Of a stretch of 64,000 nucleotides of DNA, positions 18,166 to 28,269 are shown one piece after another. The stretch spans positions 304,594 to 368,593 of the forward strand of contig CP060228.1 in NCBI GenBank assembly GCA_023898565.1, read 5' to 3'. The translations under genes were made by a program, and so were the position numbers. Below the pieces are notes generated by a model. The model did no database searches. It saw only the letters and a program-made list of their open reading frames with translations, and was not told where the DNA came from. Every line of letters starts with the position of its first letter. The first letter of the stretch is position 1. This DNA comes from Candidatus Nomurabacteria bacterium (GTDB lineage Bacteria; Patescibacteriota; Minisyncoccia; Phycocordibacterales; UBA918).

Positions 18166-18682
18166 AAGACAATACTTGAATCTGCATCGTGACACTTGCC
18201 TGCCACTCTGACCGAGAACGGGCCTCCATAGTGACTGAGTTTAGCCGTAATACATATGGCAGCGTTTCTAAAATCTGAATAAAGTTTTGTACGTACATTC
18301 TAGTACCAGAAAATTCAAATGTGACTTCAATCCAAGCTTGTTTCGTGTTCTTTTCTGTCACAAGCTGTAAATTTGTCGTCTTAAGCGCAACTCCTACCTG
18401 CGGCGCTAGTGTTTCCACCTGATTCAAGAAATCGATACTCTCACTTTCTTTTTCAAGAAAATATTCTTTGATTTTATCTCGATCAGCTTGTGAATCAGTA
18501 GCGATACGTTGCAAGTTACGGTGAGCTGCCTCTTGCGCTCGCTGCTCTTCAAGCGCGCCGATTTGCGCCACTAAACGATCCCCTTGCTCAAACACCCGAA
18601 ATACCATAAATCCAAAAACTGCCACCGACGCTAACGTAAGAATCAATGCGATTATAACTGTTTTTTTAGTACTGCCACTCAT
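18149..18682 (-). CDS. pilO: Type IV pilus assembly protein PilO-like
   Basis: N-terminal TM plus coiled coil. Position after pilN. Confidence 0.55.
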   Translation of the reverse strand: MSGSTKKTVIIALILTLASVAVFGFMVFRVFEQGDRLVAQIGALEEQRAQEAAHRNLQRIATDSQADRDKIKEYFLEKESESIDFLNQVETLAPQVGVALKTTNLQLVTEKNTKQAWIEVTFEFSGTRMYVQNFIQILETLPYVLRLNSVTMEARSRSEWQASVTMQIQVLSYDAQK

Positions 18683-19224
18683 ATACTACTTTCTTTAGCC
18701 AATGTAACGGTGATATTGAAGGTGATATTGCGGTCACTGGTCAGGTTTGAAATAGGCAAATCAACAGAATCGACCCGTGCATCAGCGAGAAGTCTGTCTC
18801 TGAAAGACGCGAGCGCCTGACGGTCATTCGCAATACCATTTACCACAATCGGTGACACCACCCCACCGACCTGATTTAGGCCAATCTGAGTCACTCGCAC
18901 ATGATTACCTTCAAGCGATTCAATCATAGCGACATATACAGAAAACGGCGCAACCGTAGAGCTGTCAATTATTTGCTTTGCTTCTTGGCTAGCAAGAATG
19001 AGTGCGGCTGAGGTGTTTTCGTACTGAGTCACCCGCTCCATTGCTTCAAAAGCTGACTGCTCATATCCAGCAACCTGTGTTCCAATGAGCACATATGCTG
19101 GCAGTAAAATACTTGCGGAAGCAAAGAGGGCCACACTCCACAAAATCATCCACACCGAAACGACGCGAATCAAATATTCGACGCGAAGACTTTTCTTGGC
19201 ATGTTTTGGAATCAAATTGATCAT
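18679..19224 (-). CDS. pilN: Type IV pilus assembly protein PilN-like
   Basis: N-terminal TM. Position after pilM. Confidence 0.55.
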   Translation of the reverse strand: MINLIPKHAKKSLRVEYLIRVVSVWMILWSVALFASASILLPAYVLIGTQVAGYEQSAFEAMERVTQYENTSAALILASQEAKQIIDSSTVAPFSVYVAMIESLEGNHVRVTQIGLNQVGGVVSPIVVNGIANDRQALASFRDRLLADARVDSVDLPISNLTSDRNITFNITVTLAKESSI

Positions 19225-19226
19225 GG

Positions 19227-20315
19227 TTATGCTGAATCCTTTAGTGCTAAACCAATCGCTGTTGCGTAGCCAAAAGAATGATTTCGATCAATCGGCGGCA
19301 CGATGTGATCGAGCGAAAAAGTATTTTCCCAAACATTGGCACGCACCGTCGGCACACCTAAGGTTTCAGAAAAATACGCAGGGAGACCTTTGAGATTTGC
19401 GCTACCACCACACAGCACAATCGATCCAATCCGTCGCATGTCACTATTACCATTCCGTAAATGCCAATACTGCATACGTGTAGCAATCTCATCTTTAATG
19501 ATTGACACAGCATTTAAAAGCGCGTCTGCCGCTTCACCTGAATCAACTCCACGAATGAGTCCGCGAGTATTCTTTATTTTGGTAAGCTCAGATTCAGCAA
19601 TCTCTGCCCCCAACACTCGACGTAACGCTTGCGACAATACGTCGCCACCCACGTCAATGGTTGAGGTGTAGAGCAAAACCCCCTTGTACGCAATGCCAAT
19701 ACCAGTTCTGGTCTTACCGAAATCAACAAGCATCACTGCGCCTGTGACATCTTTCGGAACCACTGCCCGCGCCATGGCTTGCGCCTCAACTTCAAACGAC
19801 ACCGGACGAAGTCCTGCCGCAACACACGCTTCGTAATACTGCATAATTGTTTCGCGCGCGTACGCTGCGACCACCACTTGCGCCACTCGGCTATCACTAT
19901 CTGATGGTAGTATCACATAGTCGAACAGCACATCTTTTGATGGAATCGGCACATTCTCTTCCAAACGAAATTCTAGAAGTCCACGCACCTCCTTAGCTGG
20001 TGTACTTCGTCTAATTTCAGTTTCGAAAAGATATGCTCGCTCTTCAGGAAGCGACACTCGCACAAACTCTCCTTTGGTTGCTGTTTTAAACTCCTTCAAC
20101 ACCGCAGTCAATTGTTGCGGATCAACCACCTGACCGCGATCAAGCACACCATTCGGAACGGGGATATCTCCCCAGTCTTTTATCTGACGATCAGCTTTTG
20201 ACCAAGCGTTTGAATGAAATGAAACGTATTTTAGTGACGTATCCGAAATATCCACCCCGACACAAGGCATGGTGAGATAGCTCGGCGGAGGAATCAAGCG
20301 AGAAAGAACCGACAT
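19227..20315 (-). CDS. pilM: Type IV pilus assembly ATPase-like protein PilM (actin-like)
   Basis: Actin/FtsA-like fold signature (VGVDISDTSLKYV..., DFGKTRT). Confidence 0.75.
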   Translation of the reverse strand: MSVLSRLIPPPSYLTMPCVGVDISDTSLKYVSFHSNAWSKADRQIKDWGDIPVPNGVLDRGQVVDPQQLTAVLKEFKTATKGEFVRVSLPEERAYLFETEIRRSTPAKEVRGLLEFRLEENVPIPSKDVLFDYVILPSDSDSRVAQVVVAAYARETIMQYYEACVAAGLRPVSFEVEAQAMARAVVPKDVTGAVMLVDFGKTRTGIGIAYKGVLLYTSTIDVGGDVLSQALRRVLGAEIAESELTKIKNTRGLIRGVDSGEAADALLNAVSIIKDEIATRMQYWHLRNGNSDMRRIGSIVLCGGSANLKGLPAYFSETLGVPTVRANVWENTFSLDHIVPPIDRNHSFGYATAIGLALKDSA

Positions 20316-20375
20316 ATGTATCCTTAGTATACGCTGTTGTGAGCTTTGTTTCGAGCCGAGAACTCACAGCGGACC

Positions 20376-20990
20376 TTACTTTAAAAAGAAATACGCGGCT
20401 GCGGCTGCGACCAGCACAATCAGCGACGCCACGCCAAGATATTTTTTTATGTATGAAACTGCAGCTGGACCAAACCGGTACGTAGCATAACCAACCACCC
20501 CATAACGAAAGCCGCGACCAAGTACTGATGCTAGAGTAAAAACAAGCAAGCTTCCTTGCAGCACCGCCACTACCCACGCCACGATTGTGTATGGCACTGG
20601 CGTCACTGCACCGATTACCGTCAGCATGAAAGTGCTGGCATTTTGCTCACGCACCATCATATTAAACTGATCAATCATAGCCGGTGACAGCCATGACATC
20701 AAAAAATCAAATAAAAACAGGGCCATTAGATACGCCACCACCCCTCCCAACACTGATGACACAACAGTCAAAAGCACCAGACTTCGCGCGCGAGCACGAT
20801 CTAGTAAAATCGCTGCAATCAAAAACGGATCCGTTAAAATCGGCAATGGTAGCACTGCTTCAAAAAAGGAAATCAGACCAAGCATTGCTGGCCCCGCATG
20901 TTTTCCACGGACGATTTTCTTAGCACCTTCAACCGTACTGGTCTTAAGCACGTCTCGCACCTCATCTTCAACCTGCTCACTTAGTGACAT
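20376..20990 (-). CDS. DedA/YqaA (TVP38/SNARE-associated) family membrane protein
   Basis: Multi-TM protein with a DedA-like pattern. Confidence 0.55.
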   Translation of the reverse strand: MSLSEQVEDEVRDVLKTSTVEGAKKIVRGKHAGPAMLGLISFFEAVLPLPILTDPFLIAAILLDRARARSLVLLTVVSSVLGGVVAYLMALFLFDFLMSWLSPAMIDQFNMMVREQNASTFMLTVIGAVTPVPYTIVAWVVAVLQGSLLVFTLASVLGRGFRYGVVGYATYRFGPAAVSYIKKYLGVASLIVLVAAAAAYFFLK

Positions 20991-20994
20991 GTAT

Positions 20995-21324
20995 TTATCG
21001 TACTATGGTTCCAGGCTCTACTATTTTATCGGGATGTAAGAGTGTAAACACGTCACCTTCACCACCAGCCATAATCATCCCCTGACTTTCCAGCCCTCGA
21101 ATCACTCGCGGCTCAAGGTTGAGCAGAAATGGACACTGCTTCCCCACCAAGGCTTCCGGCTCGGCCACAAACTGTCTGATGCCCGACAGAATCTGACGGG
21201 GCTGTGCTTCACCAACGTCGACTGTCAACTTAAGGAGCTTATCAGCCCCCTCGACAAGCTCCACTGCTTCAATAGTACCGATGCGAATCTCTAATTTTGC
21301 GAAATCATCAAATGTAATGGACAT
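20995..21324 (-). CDS. tRNA-binding domain protein (CsaA/Trbp111-like)
   Basis: EMAP/Myf-like OB domain: FAKLEIRIGTIEAVE... Confidence 0.75.
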   Translation of the reverse strand: MSITFDDFAKLEIRIGTIEAVELVEGADKLLKLTVDVGEAQPRQILSGIRQFVAEPEALVGKQCPFLLNLEPRVIRGLESQGMIMAGGEGDVFTLLHPDKIVEPGTIVR

Positions 21325-21327
21325 ACT

Positions 21328-21714
21328 TTATCTAGTCTTTTCTTTAGTAATAAAACTTTCCAAAATGAGCGCAGCGGCAGCGGCATCAATCTGTGCGTTT
21401 TTTCCGGTGACGCGAGCTGCCATTTGAGAAGAATACTGTTCGGGCTCCAGATGAACAGGAATACCGATTTGCAGCGTCACATCAGTAATAAACTCCTCGA
21501 CTGCAGCGTGGATTTTATTGGGCTCACCATTATTATCAAGCGAATGCCCAACCACTATCTCAGCGATGCTACGCTCGGTCACCAGTTTTTCGATGGCCGC
21601 AAAAAACTGCGCATTATTGGGAATAACACCATACGGAAACGCCATCACTCCGGCATCATCGGTTATCGCAATTCCTATTTTTTTTGAACCAAAGTCAATA
21701 CCCATTCGTTTCAT
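21328..21714 (-). CDS. ruvX: Holliday junction resolvase-like RuvX/YqgF
   Basis: MKRMGIDFGSKKIGIAITD N-terminal signature. Confidence 0.85.
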   Translation of the reverse strand: MKRMGIDFGSKKIGIAITDDAGVMAFPYGVIPNNAQFFAAIEKLVTERSIAEIVVGHSLDNNGEPNKIHAAVEEFITDVTLQIGIPVHLEPEQYSSQMAARVTGKNAQIDAAAAALILESFITKEKTR

Positions 21715-21775
21715 ACATTGGACAGAATACCACAATCGATACAAATGACCGACTTGCTTTCGCCCCTCCCATACG

Positions 21776-22483
21776 CTACGAGCTTGTAACGGGTGGTCGC
21801 ATGGCAGTTTCTTCAGTCATGATCTGGCCGTCTTCTAGGTGAATTACTCGATCGCAAAATGCTGTGTATTCCGCTTCGTGAGTAACCATAACGATGGTTT
21901 GCTTGTACGTGCGATGAAGCGAAATCAAAAGATCAATCACTGCCTTACCCGACACACTATCAAGATTGGCGGTCGGCTCATCAGCAAAAATAATTTTTGG
22001 GCGGCCGGCGATGGCCCGAGCGATGGACACACGCTGTTGTTCGCCACCAGACAGTTGTGACGGAAGATTATTGGCTTTTGTTGTTAAGCCGACGGCATCA
22101 AGCGCCGCCAACGCCAATTCCTCAGCCTCTCCCCACGCGATACCTCGCATCAAAAGCGGCGTAATAATATTCTCTGCGGCGCTTAAGTCAGGAATTAGAG
22201 CATAATCTTGAAAAACGTACCCCATAGTGTACAAGCGAAATTCCGTCACCTCAGCCTCTGTCATCAGCGAGAGATCTTGTCCATCAACCACCACACGACC
22301 AGTCGTTGGTTCATCGAGGGCAGACAACTGATACAGCAAAGTTGACTTTCCCGCCCCAGATCTACCCATAATCGCCACAAATTCACCAGCAGCAACACTC
22401 ACGTCAACACCCTTCAAAACTTCCTGCTCAACGTCGCCATTCGTAAATGTCTTACGCAATCCAACTGTTTCAATAATATTCAT
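21776..22483 (-). CDS. ABC transporter ATP-binding protein (MacB/LolD-like)
   Basis: Walker A GRSGAGKST, signature LSGGEQQR, Walker B IIFADEPT. Confidence 0.85.
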   Translation of the reverse strand: MNIIETVGLRKTFTNGDVEQEVLKGVDVSVAAGEFVAIMGRSGAGKSTLLYQLSALDEPTTGRVVVDGQDLSLMTEAEVTEFRLYTMGYVFQDYALIPDLSAAENIITPLLMRGIAWGEAEELALAALDAVGLTTKANNLPSQLSGGEQQRVSIARAIAGRPKIIFADEPTANLDSVSGKAVIDLLISLHRTYKQTIVMVTHEAEYTAFCDRVIHLEDGQIMTEETAMRPPVTSS

Positions 22484-22485
22484 AC

Positions 22486-23733
22486 CTATTTTCTACCTAA
22501 AATCGCATCGAGCGTATTTTGCCTGGTAATCATCCACGCTGGTATGAAGCCAGCTACAAGCGCCACCAAGAGCAGCGCACCGAACCGTAGCAAAAGCCCA
22601 GCATCATCAATAAGCAAGGCAGTGTCCGCATAAGGAAAATCAATTGGATGCTCCATAAAATACGGCACCAATCCAAATTTGGTTACCAAAATACCGATAA
22701 CTGAGCCAATGATTACGTAAAAAGAAGCTTGGGTAATGTAGGCAAATTCAATCGTTCGACGGGTGATACCAATCGCTTTTAAAATACCTATCTGACGTCT
22801 TCGAGATAATGCATTTATAAAAATAACAATAAAAATAGTAATCGAGGCTACCGTGATACCGATTACTCCCACAATAAGTGATAGCTTCTGGAAGGTATCG
22901 CGCACATCGACCACAAACTTTGGTATGTCTTCACTAAAATAACTAATCTCTCCAAGTGCACTCAGATCACTCGATTCAAGCTTCGCTTTGACCGCTGCCT
23001 CATCAACACCGTCGACCAGCCGTACTGCAATCTGGTTTGCGTTATGATCATATCGATCAAACATTCGACGAAACTCCCGTTCAGGCATATACACTGACAC
23101 AGAAATCAAATCGACTTTGGAATCAATAATCCCCTTTACAATAAAATCTCGTGTCTCATCACCGACAGTGACTTTAACTGGTGACCCTGGCTTAATCTTT
23201 TTTAGTGAATCATACACATTGCCATACTCGGCCGCGTACCGGTCCACATTGTACTTCCCAAGCAAAATGTATCCACTTTCATTCGGATCAAGATACTCTC
23301 CTTCGGCCACCAAATCTTCAAGATCAGTAGTGGCCGCTTCTGCTACTGGATCAATTCCTGTCACATTGACCGCGATAATATCTGGGTCTTGATTCAGGCT
23401 GCGTCGCTCTTTGTAATTTGCCTCAATCGTCACCAACCCCCCATATCGAGCTGAATATGCTTTTATCTCAGGGTATGTTTCAAGTATCTGCAGGAAACGC
23501 TCTGTTTCCAAAACCCTTGTCTCACCATCAAGCGGCGATACATTGATATCACCAAGCGCCTGCGTTCGAACTTGATCCAGTGCACCATCAACGATTCCAA
23601 GCAAGATACCACTCAGTGCGACGAGATTTAAAAAGGTAAACAAGATAATGACCACAATCAACCCCGTTGCCCACATACTTGCATGTTGGATTTGTCTCCA
23701 GCCAAGAAATACTCCGAGTCGAAATGCACGCAT
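22486..23733 (-). CDS. ABC transporter permease (FtsX/MacB-type)
   Basis: N-terminal TM, a large periplasmic domain and C-terminal FtsX-like 3 TM. Confidence 0.8.
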   Translation of the reverse strand: MRAFRLGVFLGWRQIQHASMWATGLIVVIILFTFLNLVALSGILLGIVDGALDQVRTQALGDINVSPLDGETRVLETERFLQILETYPEIKAYSARYGGLVTIEANYKERRSLNQDPDIIAVNVTGIDPVAEAATTDLEDLVAEGEYLDPNESGYILLGKYNVDRYAAEYGNVYDSLKKIKPGSPVKVTVGDETRDFIVKGIIDSKVDLISVSVYMPEREFRRMFDRYDHNANQIAVRLVDGVDEAAVKAKLESSDLSALGEISYFSEDIPKFVVDVRDTFQKLSLIVGVIGITVASITIFIVIFINALSRRRQIGILKAIGITRRTIEFAYITQASFYVIIGSVIGILVTKFGLVPYFMEHPIDFPYADTALLIDDAGLLLRFGALLLVALVAGFIPAWMITRQNTLDAILGRK

Positions 23734-23735
23734 AT

Positions 23736-25259
23736 TTACTGACTTGGCAGCAAGACCGTAGTTCCGACTGATAAATTGTATACCTCGACCGTATCATTGG
23801 TACCGACAAGCCCTGTCTCAATCCGAACCTTTTCAATGCCCTGTTCAGTCTGCCGCAAGACCCACGAGCCTTGTGCATCAGTGCCAATATATCGCGCAGG
23901 CAAAACTAGCGCGTTAGTAAGCCTGTCAGCGACAATCATCACGTCAGCATTTAGTCCTTCGCGCATCCATTCGGGAGCTTGGTCGAGAGAAATGTACGCA
24001 TCATAATACGAAACGCCACTTACATCTGTCGAAACAGGAGACACAAAAGTAACCACGCCAACAAAAGCTGTGTTTGTTTCGGCATCAAATACTACTTCAA
24101 CTGAAGCCCCTTCCTTTACTTTTGTAATATCGATTTCTGGCACTTTTGCTTTTAAATCAAATCCGCCCTCGTTAACGATGGTTACGGTATGCTGCACTCC
24201 AGCCGGCTCTCCTACTTTCATAGCCACGGCTGATACCAAACCAGAAAATGGCGCTCTAATTGTATAATCAGCAATCCGCGCACTGTAAATAGCAAGTTGC
24301 TCTTTTGCTTCAGCAATAGCCGCATCCGCTTGTGCCAACTCTTCAGATCCTGCACCTGCATTGACTACTTGTTCTGCGCTCCTGGCCACTGCCAGTTCTT
24401 GCTCCGCATATCGAACTGCTGTTTCTTTTTGAGTGCGAAGCAATTCGTGTGCGTTCTTAAGAGCAACGTAGCCGGTTCCGCGCTTATTTGGAATTTCTAT
24501 GATCCACGTCGCGTCACGATACACTTCATTAGGGTCAAATTTTATATACAAACCACAATCACCAAGTCGGTCTGGAGTCACAACGTTCCCAGGGAAGGTG
24601 CCGGTGGCCATACCAGAAAGTCGATATGAAAAACCAGCTTGAGCAGAAGAAGCAAATAGGTCTAGACGATACGTGCCAGGATTGTTGCACAAATAATTCC
24701 CTGAGATAGTCGGCGGAACATCGTCTACGTCATCCTTTTCTGGGTATGCTCGAATATCGGTCGTAAGCAAATCATGCCAAGCATTAGAAATAGCCTGGTC
24801 ATACTCTTGAATTGTTTTTTGCAACGTCACTTCCGCTACCGAAACTTCGCGAGAGGCTACCACCCGCTCTTCTGATTTGGCGCCTCTTAGTAGTTCTGCT
24901 TTCTGCTCTTCATGCAGACGCACTCGTTCACGTGCGGCGTTGTACTCAGCAATCAATGAATCACTGGTGAGTGACGCAATCACCTCTCCTGCTTCTACTG
25001 GCTGTCCAGCTTCCTTGTATACCGATTGAATAGTGCCCGACACAGGAAAACCCAATCGAGCAATCTCTTTTGCCTCAACACGAGCGGAAGCAGTAACGAG
25101 TCTAATAACATCCCCTCTCGTGACCTGCACGCTGTCGACTGTCGGTCCGGAAGCTGTTCCGGCAGTCAGCCAGCCAAACCACGCAGCAGCCACAAACATG
25201 AATACAAGCAGAACATACCACCAAAAATAGCGCGCAAAAAGTAATCGCATAGATACCAC
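23736..25259 (-). CDS. Periplasmic adaptor (membrane fusion protein, HlyD/MacA-like)
   Basis: N-terminal TM, coiled-coil hairpin and beta-barrel regions. In an operon with the ABC pair. Confidence 0.7.
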   Translation of the reverse strand: MVSMRLLFARYFWWYVLLVFMFVAAAWFGWLTAGTASGPTVDSVQVTRGDVIRLVTASARVEAKEIARLGFPVSGTIQSVYKEAGQPVEAGEVIASLTSDSLIAEYNAARERVRLHEEQKAELLRGAKSEERVVASREVSVAEVTLQKTIQEYDQAISNAWHDLLTTDIRAYPEKDDVDDVPPTISGNYLCNNPGTYRLDLFASSAQAGFSYRLSGMATGTFPGNVVTPDRLGDCGLYIKFDPNEVYRDATWIIEIPNKRGTGYVALKNAHELLRTQKETAVRYAEQELAVARSAEQVVNAGAGSEELAQADAAIAEAKEQLAIYSARIADYTIRAPFSGLVSAVAMKVGEPAGVQHTVTIVNEGGFDLKAKVPEIDITKVKEGASVEVVFDAETNTAFVGVVTFVSPVSTDVSGVSYYDAYISLDQAPEWMREGLNADVMIVADRLTNALVLPARYIGTDAQGSWVLRQTEQGIEKVRIETGLVGTNDTVEVYNLSVGTTVLLPSQ

Positions 25260-25336
25260 TTCAGTATATCATTTGCGTAACAGATTTTTTCGACCCTGTT
25301 CTTTACACTGTCTGAAGCCGGTGTTCACAGATATCA

Positions 25337-25366
25337 GAAAAGCCGGCTGCAAGCCGGCTTTTTTTA
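25337..25366. terminator. Bidirectional rho-independent terminator
   Basis: aaaagccggctgcaagccggcttttttt. Confidence 0.7.
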
Positions 25367-25368
25367 TG

Positions 25369-25607
25369 GTGCGGAAATACTGACCTTTGCTCGAACCCAT
25401 TTCGAGAAAGGACAATGATCGTGCCGCGCGGAGCGCGTGGTGATGCGAGAGCGAAGCGTACGCATTGGGGAATACATGCGCCTTGGGACGCGCTCCGCTA
25501 TCGCTGCGCGCGTGCATCCCACCACCATTTCCTTTGCCTTTTTAATGCGGCTCCTCCCCAAACCCCTCCGCCGAAGGCCAAAATATTGAAAAGGAAATGG
25601 TTGGTGG
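25369..25607. repeat. Inverted repeat A (left arm, ~238 bp) bounding the R-M island
   Basis: Reverse-complement near-identical (1 indel seen) to 29569-29797. Confidence 0.9.
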
Positions 25608-26133
25608 TCTGCTCGCCACATCGTCCTTCAAAAAGCTTCATTCAAATCTCCATACAACTTGAGAGTTTTTCACTTCGCCTTTCTTCGTCCTTGTGGCGTC
25701 CAAGGCGCTCGTCGTTCGAGTGTGGTGGGTAATATCAACCAGCGCTCACAAATCCGCCACTACCTCGCATGAGCCGCTCACATTCGTTCGCGTGGCCTGC
25801 TCGGTACTGTCGGATGTTCGCTTTATGCGAGGTTTACTCTAACGAAACGAACGACGACTTACGTCGCCGTCCGATTCTTCCTACTAGCACTTCTTCAGTG
25901 GTTTCGGTGTAGAGCGTTTATGCGGTTTAACCGTGACCGTTTTTGGTCCTGGCTTACCAGTAGTCCGAGTCGGACGACATTTGGTTTTAGGCATTGTAGC
26001 TTAAAGTTAAATGTTCTGATAAAGGAGATAAGTGACCACCTTATCTCGCGTAAACGCGAATGAGTGAACACGTCTCCCAAACCACCGCTCTTTCCCGATT
26101 TTACTTTAAATAGAGTTATTTTCCAACCTTAAT

Positions 26134-26778
26134 TTAGTCTATTGCTCGAAATTCTTTATCAGAGACGATAATGTGATCGATAAGTGTAATGCCCAGTAAA
26201 TCGCCTGCATCCGCCATGCGTTTCGTAATGGCAATGTCATCATCCGATGGCTCAACGCTTCCTGACGGGTGGTTGTGTGCTAAGACCACACCAGCGGCAG
26301 AGAGTTGCAAGGCAGGCTCAAAAACTTCTCGCGGGTGCGCAAGAGAGGTATCGAGCGTTCCAACGGAAATTATTCGCCTCTCGATTAGTTTTTGTTGAGT
26401 ATCAAGATAAAAAGCAACGATGTGTTCTTTTTTTGACGATCGAAAATCAGAACATAAATTCCAAACGTCTTTAATGGATAATATGTTTGAATTTTGTCCG
26501 CTTCCTAAGCGGTCGACGAGAGAAATTATGGCAAGAACTTGTATAGCTTTTGTTTTTCCCAACCCACGAATCTTCCGCAAATCTTCAAGAGTTACGTTGT
26601 TTGCTGATTTTTGAATAATGAGTTTTTCAATTTTTCTTGCTAATTCTAGTACGTTACAACCCTTGATTCCAGAACCCAAAACAATCGCAATCAACTCAAA
26701 ATTCTTGAGGCGTTTTGCTCCATACTTTTCCATCTTTTCTCTAGGAAGTTCTGTTTTCTTTAGTTCAGTGACTTTCAT
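26134..26778 (-). CDS. radC: RadC-like JAB/MPN domain protein
   Basis: JAMM motif HNHPSG with downstream Asp. HhH N-terminal region. Confidence 0.85.
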   Translation of the reverse strand: MKVTELKKTELPREKMEKYGAKRLKNFELIAIVLGSGIKGCNVLELARKIEKLIIQKSANNVTLEDLRKIRGLGKTKAIQVLAIISLVDRLGSGQNSNILSIKDVWNLCSDFRSSKKEHIVAFYLDTQQKLIERRIISVGTLDTSLAHPREVFEPALQLSAAGVVLAHNHPSGSVEPSDDDIAITKRMADAGDLLGITLIDHIIVSDKEFRAID

Positions 26779-26782
26779 AACT

Positions 26783-27241
26783 TTATTTTAAACTATCCAA
26801 AACTTTTTCTATGCAATTAGTCTGACTCTTATTAAGTTTATGCTCCCAAAAACGAAACACAATCCACCCCTCGGCACGAAGCCTACGTGTTACTTTTTTG
26901 TCACGTTTTCTATTTCTTTCAATTTTCTCTCTCCAAAAATCATCTTTAAGTAAATGCTTCCATCTCGGATATTGCCACCCATGCCAAAAATTACTATCGA
27001 GAAATATACAGACCTTGTATTTGTTAAACACCACGTCTGGCTTACCAAAAACGCTCGTATCGTTTGCGGTAAAAGTTTTACGTGTTTTCTTTTTAAGCTC
27101 TTCAATAAAATCCCTCTCAAATTTTGTTGATTTTGAACGTATAAGCGACATGCGCTTTGACCTCTCACGAACCGTTAATGTATCCGAATTTCTTTCTTTT
27201 GAAAAATTACGATTTAGGTTGTTGTTAGTTCGCTTCTTCAT
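26783..27241 (-). CDS. vsr: Very short patch repair endonuclease
   Basis: MSLIRSKSTKFE...GKPDVVF...FLDSNFWHGW matches the Vsr core (FWHGH). Confidence 0.85.
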   Translation of the reverse strand: MKKRTNNNLNRNFSKERNSDTLTVRERSKRMSLIRSKSTKFERDFIEELKKKTRKTFTANDTSVFGKPDVVFNKYKVCIFLDSNFWHGWQYPRWKHLLKDDFWREKIERNRKRDKKVTRRLRAEGWIVFRFWEHKLNKSQTNCIEKVLDSLK

Positions 27242-28268
27242 GACCTGATTCAAAAACTTCTGAGGGAAGATCATCACCAAGACCGACCGCAGCCGCTTTG
27301 TCAATCAAACCTTTCCATTGTTGAATCCTGTCTTCTTCTATGGACGAGACTTTCCAATAAAATTTTAAAAGGCCCTCGTCAAGCTCTTGGATTCGAGCTG
27401 TGATTTGTGGGGCATATCCTCGAAGTTGCGAAAGTACTTGCGAAACACTTCTTTTTTCTCTCGCAACCATCACTTCTTGTCGACCACCCGCACTGAACTC
27501 ATCTCTCAGACTTGCTGAAACAGCACCAAACTCGGTGATAAGGTATGCGGCGGCACGATCGTAATTTGCTCTATTTCTAAACAATTCAGGAAAGAAAATC
27601 ATGCAATCAATCTTAAACCTTTCCTTGTCTCCAGTTTCCAAAGTTCGAAATTGTTTAATCACTGGTGAAGGAGCCTCTGATTCTTCGTCAATCCACCACA
27701 GACCTTCACCTTCCTTAAGTTGACCCCTGTAGTATGATTTGATTATCTGAATAGTGTCTCCACTTGTTCTTAATTCATCATAAGAAGTACCCATTTTGTC
27801 AAAAATGGAATTTCCCAAAGCTAGATTCATATCGATTTGATAACGAGGCGAATGGGTTACGCTAACCGAGGGTAAACATTCTTGATATAGACGATATTTA
27901 ACATCAGGAGTACCGCCCAACTTTCCAAACATTATATAAATCTTCTCAACAGCTTCTTCACGTAAACTTTCTAGGACGCTGTTACCAGTAGAACGCCAGT
28001 GATCTTTTATGGTCATTTTAACTTCAACGCCAAAGTAACCGTTTGCAACAATATCTGGGAAAGCCGCAACTCCTGTTTGTCTAATTGTTCCTTCGAACTC
28101 TGTACCAACTGCTCTTCCTTGCATTACTTCGCAGACCAAAACTTCAAATTGCGTTGAGTTTGGCAAAGGTTCATCGTTTTGCAGTTTTTCAACCAAACCA
28201 TTTTTTGAATTTTCCAGTAACTCTAGAAAAACTTCTTCGCTCGGATTTTCTTTTTCTGCGTATATCAT
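27225..28268 (-). CDS. Type II restriction endonuclease (PD-(D/E)xK)
   Basis: AFPDIV...GVEVK forms a PD...ExK nuclease core. Directly downstream of the cognate m5C MTase. Confidence 0.6.
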   Translation of the reverse strand: MIYAEKENPSEEVFLELLENSKNGLVEKLQNDEPLPNSTQFEVLVCEVMQGRAVGTEFEGTIRQTGVAAFPDIVANGYFGVEVKMTIKDHWRSTGNSVLESLREEAVEKIYIMFGKLGGTPDVKYRLYQECLPSVSVTHSPRYQIDMNLALGNSIFDKMGTSYDELRTSGDTIQIIKSYYRGQLKEGEGLWWIDEESEAPSPVIKQFRTLETGDKERFKIDCMIFFPELFRNRANYDRAAAYLITEFGAVSASLRDEFSAGGRQEVMVAREKRSVSQVLSQLRGYAPQITARIQELDEGLLKFYWKVSSIEEDRIQQWKGLIDKAAAVGLGDDLPSEVFESGHEEAN

Positions 28269-28269
28269 G

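Noticed and set aside
25364-25621. Arg-rich 85-aa ORF inside inverted repeat A (and its 135-aa counterpart 29536-29943 spanning A' and B)
   Set aside because: The same sequence would be read on opposite strands in the two copies. Composition reflects GC-rich repeat DNA. I treated these as repeat sequence, not genes.
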